A stretch of DNA of 64,000 nucleotides from Escherichia coli (GTDB lineage Bacteria > Pseudomonadota > Gammaproteobacteria > Enterobacterales > Enterobacteriaceae): NCBI RefSeq assembly GCF_016026235.1, contig NZ_CP065613.1; one strand, 5' to 3'. The translations under genes and the position numbers were made by a program. Below the pieces are notes generated by a model. The model ran no database searches and was not told the origin of the DNA. It saw only the letters and a program-made list of their open reading frames with translations. Below, piece after piece: positions 28,861 through 39,034 of the stretch. How positions within the stretch are numbered: the first letter of the stretch is position 1; every line of letters starts with the position of its first letter.

Positions 28861-29877
28861 ATGCAAAAGAAATCAATTTACGTTGCCTACACGGGCGGGA
28901 CCATCGGGATGCAGCGTTCCGAGCAGGGTTATATTCCGGTGTCAGGTCATCTACAACGCCAACTGGCGCTGATGCCGGAATTCCATCGCCCGGAGATGCC
29001 AGATTTCACCATTCATGAATATACGCCGCTGATGGATTCTTCAGATATGACGCCGGAAGACTGGCAGCATATTGCTGAAGATATTAAAGCGCACTATGAC
29101 GACTATGATGGTTTTGTCATTCTGCACGGCACCGATACGATGGCATATACCGCCTCTGCGCTGTCGTTCATGCTCGAAAATCTCGGTAAACCGGTCATTG
29201 TGACAGGGTCACAAATCCCGCTGGCTGAGTTACGCTCTGACGGACAAATTAATCTGCTGAATGCGTTGTACGTTGCGGCGAATTATCCGATCAACGAAGT
29301 AACACTCTTTTTTAATAACCGACTGTATCGCGGCAACCGCACTACCAAAGCCCATGCCGATGGTTTTGATGCGTTTGCCTCTCCAAACCTTCCTCCGTTA
29401 CTGGAAGCAGGTATCCATATTCGTCGTTTGAATACGCCACCCGCCCCGCACGGTGAAGGGGAATTGATCGTACATCCAATCACCCCACAACCAATTGGCG
29501 TAGTGACGATTTATCCAGGGATTTCTGCTGACGTCGTGCGCAATTTTCTGCGCCAACCGGTGAAAGCATTGATTCTGCGCTCCTATGGCGTGGGTAATGC
29601 GCCACAAAACAAAGCCTTCCTGCAGGAATTACAAGAAGCCAGCGATCGCGGTATTGTGGTGGTCAACCTGACACAATGTATGTCCGGTAAAGTGAATATG
29701 GGTGGTTATGCCACCGGTAACGCCCTCGCCCATGCTGGCGTTATTGGCGGTGCAGATATGACTGTAGAAGCCACGCTAACCAAACTGCATTACCTGCTTA
29801 GCCAGGAACTGGATACTGAAACCATTCGCAAGGCCATGAGCCAAAACCTGCGCGGCGAACTGACGCCGGATGATTAA
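28861..29877 (+). CDS. ansA: Cytoplasmic L-asparaginase I
   Basis: ORF 28720-29877; start at MQKKSIYVAYTGGTIG gives 338 aa. Confidence 0.92.
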   Translation: MQKKSIYVAYTGGTIGMQRSEQGYIPVSGHLQRQLALMPEFHRPEMPDFTIHEYTPLMDSSDMTPEDWQHIAEDIKAHYDDYDGFVILHGTDTMAYTASALSFMLENLGKPVIVTGSQIPLAELRSDGQINLLNALYVAANYPINEVTLFFNNRLYRGNRTTKAHADGFDAFASPNLPPLLEAGIHIRRLNTPPAPHGEGELIVHPITPQPIGVVTIYPGISADVVRNFLRQPVKALILRSYGVGNAPQNKAFLQELQEASDRGIVVVNLTQCMSGKVNMGGYATGNALAHAGVIGGADMTVEATLTKLHYLLSQELDTETIRKAMSQNLRGELTPDD

Positions 29878-29887
29878 GGAGACTACA

Positions 29888-30529
29888 ATGCCCCCTCGCG
29901 CCCTGTTACTGGTCGATTTACAAAATGATTTCTGTGCTGGTGGCGCGCTCGCCGTGCCGGAAGGTGACAGTACGGTGGATGTCGCTAACCGCCTGATTGA
30001 CTGGTGCCAGTCGCGCGGTGAAGCGGTTATCGCCAGTCAGGACTGGCACCCGGCGAATCACGGCAGTTTTGCCAGCCAGCACGGTGTAGAGCCTTATACG
30101 CCAGGCCAACTCGACGGTTTGCCACAAACCTTCTGGCCAGATCACTGTGTGCAGAACAGTGAAGGCGCACAATTACATCCGTTACTGAACCAAAAAGCGA
30201 TCGCAGCGGTGTTCCATAAAGGCGAAAATCCTTTAGTTGACAGTTACAGTGCCTTTTTTGATAACGGCCGTCGGCAGAAAACCTCTCTCGATGACTGGTT
30301 ACGCGATCATGAAATCGATGAATTGATCGTTATGGGCCTGGCTACTGACTATTGCGTGAAGTTTACCGTGCTGGACGCGTTACAGTTAGGTTATAAGGTA
30401 AACGTGATTACCGATGGTTGTCGTGGCGTGAATATCCAGCCCCAGGACAGTGCGCACGCGTTTATGGAGATGTCAGCAGCTGGGGCAACGCTATATACGC
30501 TGGCAGACTGGGAAGAGACACAGGGGTAA
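29888..30529 (+). CDS. pncA: Nicotinamidase / pyrazinamidase
   Basis: ORF 29870-30529; start at MPPRALLLVDLQNDFC gives 213 aa. Confidence 0.9.
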   Translation: MPPRALLLVDLQNDFCAGGALAVPEGDSTVDVANRLIDWCQSRGEAVIASQDWHPANHGSFASQHGVEPYTPGQLDGLPQTFWPDHCVQNSEGAQLHPLLNQKAIAAVFHKGENPLVDSYSAFFDNGRRQKTSLDDWLRDHEIDELIVMGLATDYCVKFTVLDALQLGYKVNVITDGCRGVNIQPQDSAHAFMEMSAAGATLYTLADWEETQG

Positions 30530-30538
30530 TTTTACGCT

Positions 30539-30569
30539 GGCCTACAATTCTGTACTGGCATTGTAGGCC
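30539..30569. repeat. Palindromic hairpin between convergent pncA and ydjE
   Basis: ggcctacaattctgtactggcattgtaggcc, perfect 11-bp arms; candidate bidirectional terminator. Confidence 0.5.
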
Positions 30570-30621
30570 AAATAAAACACGTCAGTGGCACATCTGGCAA
30601 TTGATGCCATCAACGAAAGAT

Positions 30622-31980
30622 TTAATTCACCTCAGAAATCTCTTCCAACGACACCTTCCGCGTTTCGATGCCAAAAATGGAGAGAACCAGCGCACAGAGC
30701 AATAACATGACACCAAGTACCATAAACACCGTGATCGACCCATAATGTGTTAATAATGCCGCAACGCCATAGGGCGTGAAGACTGCGACGATCCGTCCGA
30801 CGGCATTAACGAAACCCGAACCGCGCAGGCGTAAATGCGTTGGCCAAAGCTCCGGGATATAAACCGCCGACGCGAAGCAAACATACATGTATAAAAAGAA
30901 GATCATCACCAGGCCATAGATTAAAATCGCCCACTCTGTAGTCTGAATTGAATAGATATAGCCTAACACGGCAATAATAATAAGTAAGGTGGAGCCAAAT
31001 AACCGACGAGGAAAATGATCAATAATTAATGCCGCAATAAATATTCCTACCGGAGCGCCAATCATAATAACAGCGGTCATTAATATTGATTTATCGACAT
31101 CAATGCCGGAGTTAACAAATATGGTCGGTATCCATACGGTGATGGTATAAAGCGAAATGTTCATTGCAATTAAAACAGTAATCGCGACTAATGTACGTCG
31201 TAACATTTCACCTTTAAACAGGAGCCAGAAAGTACCCTTGATTACTTTAACCTTGCTGTTGCTCTGATACGAAGTAAGCGGGGGTAAACGAATACTCTTC
31301 TCTCTTTCAATTTGCTGCTCTACTTCACGAAGTTGGCTTTCTGCACCTGCGATTTGCCCTTTCCCTGCCAGCCATCGTGGCGACTCAATAAAGTATTTAC
31401 CTGAAAGAAACCAGGCTAACAGTATGCCAATACCACCCAGCAGAAACATTATCCGCCAACTAAAAAAAGCGATAACCACCACACCTATCGCCGCAGACAG
31501 CATGGGCGACCAGTTACCAACAAATGAGAGCCGCGCGGACCATTTTCCACGCACCGTCGCGGGGATAAACTCCGTAAATGAGGCATAGCCAACCATAATC
31601 AGCGCCCCCATTCCTGTTCCCATCAGGAAGCGAAAGAAGATGAGCCAGTACATATCAGGGACAAAAGCGGCCCCTGTTGCAGCAATACCGACGATGAGAA
31701 GATTTATGCGAAACGCCCTGCGCCGCCCAAAGTAATCACCGATGAACCCACCGGTAAGAGAGCCGATGAAATAACCAAACATTAATGCCGAGGTAAAGGC
31801 GGCATTGAGGAAATTATTTGACCATCCATTGCTTACCAGCTTTGCTAAGACGACATTACCGGAGTAACTCAAAAACCCTGTTAATAACAGACTAAAGCTT
31901 ATAATACCAAATATACGATAATGAAACCGGGCCAAAGGCAAGCGGTCCAGTCTTGCGCCAATTTGATCATATTGTTCCAT
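30622..31980 (-). CDS. ydjE: MFS-family transporter
   Basis: ORF 30622-32085; start at MEQYDQIGARLDR gives 452 aa; sugar-porter-like MFS motifs. Confidence 0.8.
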   Translation of the reverse strand: MEQYDQIGARLDRLPLARFHYRIFGIISFSLLLTGFLSYSGNVVLAKLVSNGWSNNFLNAAFTSALMFGYFIGSLTGGFIGDYFGRRRAFRINLLIVGIAATGAAFVPDMYWLIFFRFLMGTGMGALIMVGYASFTEFIPATVRGKWSARLSFVGNWSPMLSAAIGVVVIAFFSWRIMFLLGGIGILLAWFLSGKYFIESPRWLAGKGQIAGAESQLREVEQQIEREKSIRLPPLTSYQSNSKVKVIKGTFWLLFKGEMLRRTLVAITVLIAMNISLYTITVWIPTIFVNSGIDVDKSILMTAVIMIGAPVGIFIAALIIDHFPRRLFGSTLLIIIAVLGYIYSIQTTEWAILIYGLVMIFFLYMYVCFASAVYIPELWPTHLRLRGSGFVNAVGRIVAVFTPYGVAALLTHYGSITVFMVLGVMLLLCALVLSIFGIETRKVSLEEISEVN

Positions 31981-32097
31981 TGGGTGCCTCGGATTTGCTA
32001 AAAAAGGTAGCAATTGCGGCAAATTCACTTGCCGCATCTTTATCATCATTTTATATCCAGGCACAGGAACAAATAATATTGACAACGTGTGCTAAAA

Positions 32098-32856
32098 TTA
32101 CCACACCAGCTGGATATTATTGTCTTTGCAAAATGCTATCCACTCTGCACCCGGTGATTTATCAGTTATTATGTAATTAATATGACTAAAGTCAGCTAAC
32201 TGAACAAAAGCTTTGCGATCAAACTTAGAGTGATCAACCAATAACGCAACTTCTGTCGCCTGACGGATCATTGTCTTTTTGATTTCAGCTTCCGCTTCAT
32301 TAGAGTCCAGCGCGCCGCTGTTAATATCAAGACCTTTACAACTCATTACCATGATATCGACATGATAGCGGCTGATGATCTCTTTAGTAATTCTTCCTTG
32401 CAGTGAAAGTGTATTTTTGTTTAGTTCCCCACCCGTTGAAACGACTTTAATTTCTGACTGAGCCAGAACATGAATCGCTTCCGCCGAGTTGGTTAGCAAC
32501 GTCAGGTCACTACGGTCCTGTAACAATTTGAGCAATTCCATTACGGTACTACTGGAATCGGCTGCCATGGTGGTTTTATTGTCGATAAAGGGTAGTGCCT
32601 TGCGTGCAATAAGCTGCTTCTCTTCATAAAACGATGAAGCGCGCTTATAAAAATGGATATTCTCCGTCAACATCGCTGTATTTAAAACAGCACCACCATA
32701 GGTTCTGGTCAAAAAGCCTTCATCTTCCAGCTTCTCAAGATCGCGGCGAATGGTTTCTTCGGTTACCTGAAAAATCCCACTCAAATTTGAGACTGTCACC
32801 TTTTTATCGTTGGCAACCATTTGCTTAATTGCCTGAATCCTGTCTTTTGCCGCCAC
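32098..32856 (-). CDS. ydjF: DeoR-family transcriptional regulator
   Basis: 252-aa ORF with N-terminal HTH and DeoR C-terminal sugar-binding region. Confidence 0.82.
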   Translation of the reverse strand: MAAKDRIQAIKQMVANDKKVTVSNLSGIFQVTEETIRRDLEKLEDEGFLTRTYGGAVLNTAMLTENIHFYKRASSFYEEKQLIARKALPFIDNKTTMAADSSSTVMELLKLLQDRSDLTLLTNSAEAIHVLAQSEIKVVSTGGELNKNTLSLQGRITKEIISRYHVDIMVMSCKGLDINSGALDSNEAEAEIKKTMIRQATEVALLVDHSKFDRKAFVQLADFSHINYIITDKSPGAEWIAFCKDNNIQLVW

Positions 32857-32992
32857 GATTACACCCCTGTATCTTTTTACATCACATTAGCGCGATTATC
32901 GCATAACCGATGTTTACTTTCAAAATAACCTGTTTGAATCACAGATTTTCATCACGGTTTTCACAGAAACAGAGGTGAATCGTGTTGAGTAT

Positions 32993-33973
32993 TTAACGCT
33001 CCAGGGCCTCTGCCATTTCCCTCATCAATGTTGCGTCTGCATCCGATAAGTTGATATTCAGTGCCGCGACATTTTCGCGTACCTGTTGCGGTGCAGTAGC
33101 CCCACTAAGAATGGAGATTAAATCACTCTGTTTTAATATCCACGCCAGTGCCAGAGTGGGAATTGTGCACTGATAACGAGCACAAAGTGGCTGCCACTGT
33201 TCAAGCATATCAATCACTTTCAGCATGTTTTCACGCTGGAACCAGACTTTATTTGCCCGAGCGCCGCCCGGAACGTAATCACGAGTGATGGTGCCGGTCA
33301 ACAATCCCTGCTCTAGCGGGGAATAAACCTGAACCACAATGCCATTATCACGACATAGCGGCAGCAGTTCGTTTTCCATTGCCCGGTCGAGGATACTGTA
33401 TTTCGCCTGAATAATATCCAGTTCACCATATTGCAGATACTCGCGGATATGGTCGGCATCGACGTTAGCAGCGCCTATAGCGCGAATTTTCCCTTCAGCC
33501 TTTAACTCATTAAGCACTGCGACAGTTTCAGCGATCGGCGTATAAAATGGCGGCACCGACTGCCAGTGCGTCATGTAGATATCGATGTAATCAATACCCA
33601 GACGTTGCAAGCTGGCTTCTACCTCTTCGCGGATAGATTCCGGGGAAAGGTTTTTATACAACTGCCGATTGCCAACTTTGTTGAATAAACTTCCTTTTCG
33701 TTCCCAGACAATGCCGCATTTGGTTTCTACTACAACCTGTTCACGGGGCAGTTTTTTTAACGCCTGACCGACGATAACTTCACTATTGCCAAAGTTATAT
33801 CCTGGTGCAGTATCAATCAGGTTAATGCCGCAACGATGGGCTTCAAGAATCGTATCAATACATATTTGCCGATCGAGATCGCCATTCCATGCAGGACCGC
33901 CGCCAATGGCCCATGTCCCCAACCCCATTCGCGAAAGCGTAATATCCGTTGTGCCTAAAGGTATCTTTTTCAT
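32993..33973 (-). CDS. ydjG: Aldo-keto reductase
   Basis: 326-aa ORF, AKR family. Confidence 0.82.
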   Translation of the reverse strand: MKKIPLGTTDITLSRMGLGTWAIGGGPAWNGDLDRQICIDTILEAHRCGINLIDTAPGYNFGNSEVIVGQALKKLPREQVVVETKCGIVWERKGSLFNKVGNRQLYKNLSPESIREEVEASLQRLGIDYIDIYMTHWQSVPPFYTPIAETVAVLNELKAEGKIRAIGAANVDADHIREYLQYGELDIIQAKYSILDRAMENELLPLCRDNGIVVQVYSPLEQGLLTGTITRDYVPGGARANKVWFQRENMLKVIDMLEQWQPLCARYQCTIPTLALAWILKQSDLISILSGATAPQQVRENVAALNINLSDADATLMREMAEALER

Positions 33974-34895
33974 TTGCCTTCATTATCCTTCGTATTCTTC
34001 CAGCAATTGTTCGACCAGCTTTCTGTTTTTTACGCCGGTGGTGGCACCGACGCTTAGAACCGAGATAGCCGCCGTTGCATTGGCAAAGCGTGCGCATTCA
34101 CGCAGATTTTTGCCTTCTAACAGTGCCGCAATAAAACCTGAAGCAAAGTTATCACCCGCGCCAATGGTGTCGATGGCGGTTATTCCTGCGACCGCCGGCA
34201 CCTTCATCGTCATGTCACCACGCTTGATAAAGCAGCCGTCTTTACCCGTTTTAATCACCACCGTTTTTACGCCGCACGCAAGAAAGCAGTCAGCAATTTC
34301 ATCCAGTGTCTCTTTCCCGGTGAGTAATTTTGCCTCGGCATAATTAGGAAACAGATAATCGACATAACTCAATGCTTCGCAAATATCATCCAGCGTTTCA
34401 TTCAACCGCGGTTTAATCATATCGGCACAGATAATCATCTGCCGGGCTTTAGCTTGCGTAAAAATTTCTGTTAGCGTTTTACCATCCAATAGTGGACTGT
34501 TGAAAATACTGGCCAGTGATAATAATTTCGCCTGGGAAAACCGAGCAAAATCAACATCGTCAATATTCAATTTCCACAGACTGCCGTTACGGTTTGTGAC
34601 AAACGTCCGCTCGCCATCCTCCGTCACCAGTCCAACATTAATAGAGGTATCTATGTTGACGTCCTGCTTCAGGCTTTGAATATCAATATTCTCTTTGCGG
34701 CAATGGTCGAGAATAAACTGCCCTGCGGCATCTTTACCAATACGGCTCATTAATGCTGTACGATGGCCCAGACGAGAAATAATTGTTGCTTCATTTATTG
34801 CATCACCCCCGGTGGTCATTGCGATTCTTTCAAGAGGATAAGAATCCACATCAAAGATATTTTTACTGACCGGTTGCAATGGAATATCAACAATA

Positions 34896-34904
34896 GCGGC
34901 ACCT
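34896..34904. repeat. IS1 target-site duplication, left copy (GCGGCACCT)
   Basis: 9-bp direct repeat immediately flanking the IS1 terminus; identical to 35673-35681. Confidence 0.9.
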
Positions 34905-34919
34905 GGTAATGACTCCAAC

Positions 34920-35423
34920 TTACTGATAGTGTTTTATGTTCAGATAATGCCCGATGACCTTGTCATGCAGCTCCACCGATTTTGAGAACGACAGTGACTT
35001 CCGTCCCAGCCTTGCCAGATGTTGTCTCAGATTCAGATTATGTCGCTCAATGCGCTGAGTGTAACGCTTGCTGATAACGTGCAGCTTTCCCTTCAGGCGT
35101 GATTCATACAGCGGCCAGCCATCCGTCATCCATACCACGACCTCAAAGGCCGACAGCAGGCTCAGAAGACGCTCCAGTGTGGCCAGAGTGCGTTCACCGA
35201 AGACGTGCGCCACAACCGTCCTCCGTATCCTGTCATACGCGTAAAACAGCCAGCGCTGACGTGATTTAGCACCGACGTAGCCCCACTGTTCGTCCATTTC
35301 AGCGCAGACAATCACATCACTGCCCGGTTGTATGCGCGAGGTTACCGACTGCGGCCTGAGTTTTTTAAGTGACGTAAAACCGTGTTGAGGCCAACGCCCA
35401 TAATGCGTGCACTGGCGCGACAT
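34920..35423 (-). CDS. insB: IS1 InsB (transposase C-terminal part, expressed as InsAB' by -1 frameshift)
   Basis: 167-aa [19 protein letters not shown]...; overlaps insA in the -1 frame. Confidence 0.9.
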   Translation of the reverse strand: MSRQCTHYGRWPQHGFTSLKKLRPQSVTSRIQPGSDVIVCAEMDEQWGYVGAKSRQRWLFYAYDRIRRTVVAHVFGERTLATLERLLSLLSAFEVVVWMTDGWPLYESRLKGKLHVISKRYTQRIERHNLNLRQHLARLGRKSLSFSKSVELHDKVIGHYLNIKHYQ

Positions 35424-35617
35424 CCGACGCCATTCATGGCCATATCAATGATTTTCTGGTGCGTACCGGGCTGAGAGGCGGTGTAAGTGAACTGTAGTTG
35501 CCATGTTTTACGGCAATGAGAGCAGAGATAGCGCTGATGTCCGGCAGTGCTTTTGCCGTTACGCACCACGCCTTCAGTAGCGGAGCAGGAAGGACATCTG
35601 ATGGAAATGGAAGCCAC
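35342..35617 (-). CDS. insA: IS1 InsA (transposition inhibitor / N-terminal part of transposase)
   Basis: 91-aa [25 protein letters not shown]... with zinc-finger-like CxxC...CxxC. Confidence 0.92.
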   Translation of the reverse strand: MASISIRCPSCSATEGVVRNGKSTAGHQRYLCSHCRKTWQLQFTYTASQPGTHQKIIDMAMNGVGCRASARIMGVGLNTVLRHLKNSGRSR

Positions 35618-35672
35618 GCAAGCACCTTAAAATCACCATCATACACTAAATCAGTAAGTTGGCAGCATTACC

Positions 35673-35681
35673 GCGGCACCT
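35673..35681. repeat. IS1 target-site duplication, right copy (GCGGCACCT)
   Basis: Identical to 34896-34904. Confidence 0.9.
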
Positions 35682-35711
35682 ATACAAATAACGTCGAGAT
35701 TATCCATATCA

Positions 35712-36548
35712 TTATTCCGCTTTGCCATCAGAACCGAACAGTTTAATTTTTTCCAATGCCCGTTCTTTTACAGCTTTACGTACTTCACGTTCTAAATGCA
35801 GGAAAGGCTGATCCTGGTTTTCTTTCACTGCGACCATTGCGGCCTGACAGAGCTCAGTATGGATGTTGATTTTCGCGATACCCAACGAAATTGCAGTTTT
35901 AATGTCGGCATCACTGATCCCCGATGCGCCATGCAAAACCAGCGGAACAGACACGGCATCGCGTACGCGTTTGACGACCTCAAAGTTCAATTGTGGCTCT
36001 GACGTATAAACCCCATGCTGGTTGCCGATGGCGACAGCCAATGAGTCACAGCCCGTACGTTCAACAAATTCAGCCGCCTGGTCAGGATCGGTATAGTGAT
36101 AGCCCGCCAGCGCTTCCTCATAAACGGTTTCATTACCGACATGCCCTAATTCCGCCTCTACCGGAATACCCAGCGGATGGAAGAAATCGACAGCCTCTTT
36201 GGTTAAGCGAATATTTTCTTCGAAATCAAATGCGGAAGCATCACGCATTAATGAATTCATACCATGAGTCCAGGCGTTATGAATAATCTCCATACTCCGA
36301 CCATGATCCCAATGAGTTATTACCGGCACAGTTGCTTTTCGTGCCATTGATACCATCATGTGAGAGAAATCTTCAAATGAGGTGTTGCCGACAAAACCTG
36401 TGCCAAAAGAAATAATAACCGGTGATTTCGCTTCTTCGGCTGCGTCGATAACGCCCATCAACATTTCTGCATTCCATACGTTAAAATGGGCAATTGCATA
36501 ATGTTTATTTGTGGCATCGTTTTCCCAATATCTGATATCTGCGAGCAT
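35712..36548 (-). CDS. ydjI: Class II (metal-dependent) aldolase
   Basis: 278-aa ORF, fructose/tagatose-bisphosphate aldolase family. Confidence 0.82.
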   Translation of the reverse strand: MLADIRYWENDATNKHYAIAHFNVWNAEMLMGVIDAAEEAKSPVIISFGTGFVGNTSFEDFSHMMVSMARKATVPVITHWDHGRSMEIIHNAWTHGMNSLMRDASAFDFEENIRLTKEAVDFFHPLGIPVEAELGHVGNETVYEEALAGYHYTDPDQAAEFVERTGCDSLAVAIGNQHGVYTSEPQLNFEVVKRVRDAVSVPLVLHGASGISDADIKTAISLGIAKINIHTELCQAAMVAVKENQDQPFLHLEREVRKAVKERALEKIKLFGSDGKAE

Positions 36549-36568
36549 GTTCTGTTCTCCCGTATTAA

Positions 36569-37612
36569 TTAATCGCTAATTTTAATAACGCCTTTAATAA
36601 TGTCGCGTTTGTTGTTAACCGACTCTTCAAATGCCTGTTGTACATCACGGTAATCGTAAATATGTGTCACCATCGATTTCACATCGAATCGCCCTGAAGA
36701 AATAGCTTCAATCGTGACCGGATAACGATTGGCATAGCGGAATACCGTCTGGATAGTGACTTCGCGATTGATTTTGAGGAAATTGATTGCCGAATCGCCG
36801 GGTACAGTACCAACAATCATAATTTTACCGCCGCGCATTACCAGATAAGGTGCCTGTTTAACGGTGACCGCAGAACCCGCTGTTTCGAAAACAATATCTG
36901 CGCCCATGTCTTCGGTAAATTGCTGACAGCGTGCAATAGTGTCTTCTTTTGCGCCGTTAATAACCACTGTCGCACCAAGCTGTTCCGCCATTGTCAGACG
37001 TTTTTCCAGCACATCAACGACGGCAATTTCCGTTGCTCCCAGGCATTTGCACGCTTGCAACGTCATCAAACCAATACAACCCGCTCCTAGAATAATTATC
37101 TTCTTACCCGGTTTAACATCTGCCAGCATCGCGGCATGCATCCCGACTGCGGCAGGCTCCACCAGCGCCCCTTCCATCGTGTCCATATTGTCGGGCAGTT
37201 TGTAAGTAAAGCTCTCCGGATGACACAGATAGTGCGTTAATGCGCCGCGGTAGTTGGGTTGTGTCGCCATAAAATCAACGTCCGGGCAGATGTTATATTT
37301 GCCTTCCAGACAGTAACGACAGTGACCGCAAGGAACGCCAGGTTCGATATTTACCCGATCCCCCGGTTTAAATTTGCGCACGCGGCTTCCCACAGCCACA
37401 ACCGTCCCGGCGCATTCATGACCCTGGCCAATTTCTTGATTTGGGTCTTTAGGCGGAATAAACGGACCTGATTCAAAACCATGTACATCTGAACCACAAA
37501 TACCGACATATTCTACTTTAATCAAAACTTCATCTTCTTTAGGCACTGGTATTTCTGCTGAAATAATTTTCATTGTGCCCGGCACCTGCAATATTGCTTT
37601 TGAATTTTTCAT
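36569..37612 (-). CDS. ydjJ: Zinc-dependent alcohol/polyol dehydrogenase
   Basis: 347-aa ORF with GHExxG and Cys-rich structural zinc site. Confidence 0.82.
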   Translation of the reverse strand: MKNSKAILQVPGTMKIISAEIPVPKEDEVLIKVEYVGICGSDVHGFESGPFIPPKDPNQEIGQGHECAGTVVAVGSRVRKFKPGDRVNIEPGVPCGHCRYCLEGKYNICPDVDFMATQPNYRGALTHYLCHPESFTYKLPDNMDTMEGALVEPAAVGMHAAMLADVKPGKKIIILGAGCIGLMTLQACKCLGATEIAVVDVLEKRLTMAEQLGATVVINGAKEDTIARCQQFTEDMGADIVFETAGSAVTVKQAPYLVMRGGKIMIVGTVPGDSAINFLKINREVTIQTVFRYANRYPVTIEAISSGRFDVKSMVTHIYDYRDVQQAFEESVNNKRDIIKGVIKISD

Positions 37613-37628
37613 TTTGAATCCACCCGTA

Positions 37629-39008
37629 TTATTTATTGGCTACTGCATCAATACTTAAACTTTCAACGGAGACACCTTTGGTTTCGATTCCAATGGTGGC
37701 GATAGCAATTGCGACAATAATTGAAACCGCCCCCAGAAGAATAAAGACTCCCGTAACGCCATAACTACTGAGCAGCACTGCAACGGCATAAGGTGCGGCA
37801 ATACCACTGATTCGCCCTACCGCATTCGCCAGACCGGAGCCACGGAGTTTGGCCTCTGTCGGCCAGATCTCAGGGACATACACTGCCGAGGCATAGCAAA
37901 CGTACATATAGACGAAAGTAATCAGGAAGAAACCAATCAACGTTATGAGCAACATGCTGGTTTGCAGTGAATAGATATATCCGAGCACCGCAATCAGGAT
38001 TAATAGCCCCACACCCATTGTTTTACGCGGAATTTTATCCATCACCAGCATGGCAATAAAAATGCCAAATGGCGCGCCAAACATACTCATGGTATTTAAA
38101 ACAATCGAGTCTTTTAAATTAATCCCCTGGGTCATGAATATCGTTGGCAACCAGTTAATTAGTGTGTACTGCACAACGTTCATGGCAATCAGCACACAAG
38201 AGCCTAATATCACGCGTTTCAGTAATACTCCTGTCAGTAAGGCTGAATACGGCACCGCTTGTGGCGTTTTACCGTCATCAGCAATAACCACGGGCGGCAA
38301 AGGTTTGCCCGTCTGGTGTATGACGCCTTCTTCTATACTCCGCATGACTTTCTCGGCTTCCTGATACCGTCCGCGCGATTCCAGCCAGCGCGGGGATTCA
38401 GGAAAGTAGCGCCAGGCCAGCGCCGTAGCGATAAGCGACAATATTGCAGGGATAAGCAGTTGTACCCGCCAGTTCCACTCTGCACTAATCAGCGGCGTGA
38501 GTCCCATCGCTATCAATGAACAGAGCGGATATGACCAGTTGCCAATAAAGGAAACCCGACTTGACCACGTTCCACGATTTCTACCGGGCATATATTCGGT
38601 GAAACCAGCAAACAGCGTAACCAGTAAAGCTCCCAGCCCAACTCCCATCACAAAACGGCAGGCAATAAGGAAATCCATATTCGGTGAGAAAGCACCGACA
38701 ACCATCGAGGCAATATGAATGGCCTCATAGAGGATGAACGCATTTCTGCGACCGGTTTTGTCGCCAATGATGCCGCCCACCAGCGCACCGAGAAACATTC
38801 CGGCGGTCGTGATTGCTGAGAATGTGGCTGTGGTGGAATTATCTGTCCAGCCCAACGCTTTCAGCTGCGCGAGGATCAAGCCACCAACGGCATTACTCCA
38901 GCAGACAAGCAAGCCAAACGCGACGATGGCAAACATTGACGAATGCCAGCGGCAATCCGGTAAGCGATCCAGCCGTGCACCACAATGCGGTTTTGTTATC
39001 TGTTCCAT
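37629..39008 (-). CDS. ydjK: MFS sugar transporter
   Basis: 459-aa hydrophobic ORF, sugar-porter family. Confidence 0.82.
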   Translation of the reverse strand: MEQITKPHCGARLDRLPDCRWHSSMFAIVAFGLLVCWSNAVGGLILAQLKALGWTDNSTTATFSAITTAGMFLGALVGGIIGDKTGRRNAFILYEAIHIASMVVGAFSPNMDFLIACRFVMGVGLGALLVTLFAGFTEYMPGRNRGTWSSRVSFIGNWSYPLCSLIAMGLTPLISAEWNWRVQLLIPAILSLIATALAWRYFPESPRWLESRGRYQEAEKVMRSIEEGVIHQTGKPLPPVVIADDGKTPQAVPYSALLTGVLLKRVILGSCVLIAMNVVQYTLINWLPTIFMTQGINLKDSIVLNTMSMFGAPFGIFIAMLVMDKIPRKTMGVGLLILIAVLGYIYSLQTSMLLITLIGFFLITFVYMYVCYASAVYVPEIWPTEAKLRGSGLANAVGRISGIAAPYAVAVLLSSYGVTGVFILLGAVSIIVAIAIATIGIETKGVSVESLSIDAVANK

Positions 39009-39034
39009 GCGATAACGTTCCTTCAGGAAAGTTG

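Larger units (their letters stand above)
34905..35672 (-). mobile_element. Insertion sequence IS1 (768 bp, complete)
   Basis: Ends ggtaatgactccaacttactgat and atcagtaagttggcagcattacc form about 23-bp imperfect inverted repeats; contains insA and insB with slippery site ttaaaaaactc (minus strand, 35358-35368). Confidence 0.95.
33983..35707 (-). pseudogene. ydjH: Ribokinase-family sugar kinase ydjH, disrupted by an IS1 insertion
   Basis: 5' fragment ATG at 35707 encodes MDNLDVICIGAA up to the IS1 edge; body continues from 34904 to stop at 33983 (GAAIVDIPLQ...). The two parts sum to 948 nt (315 aa plus stop) once IS1 and one TSD copy are removed. Confidence 0.8.
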
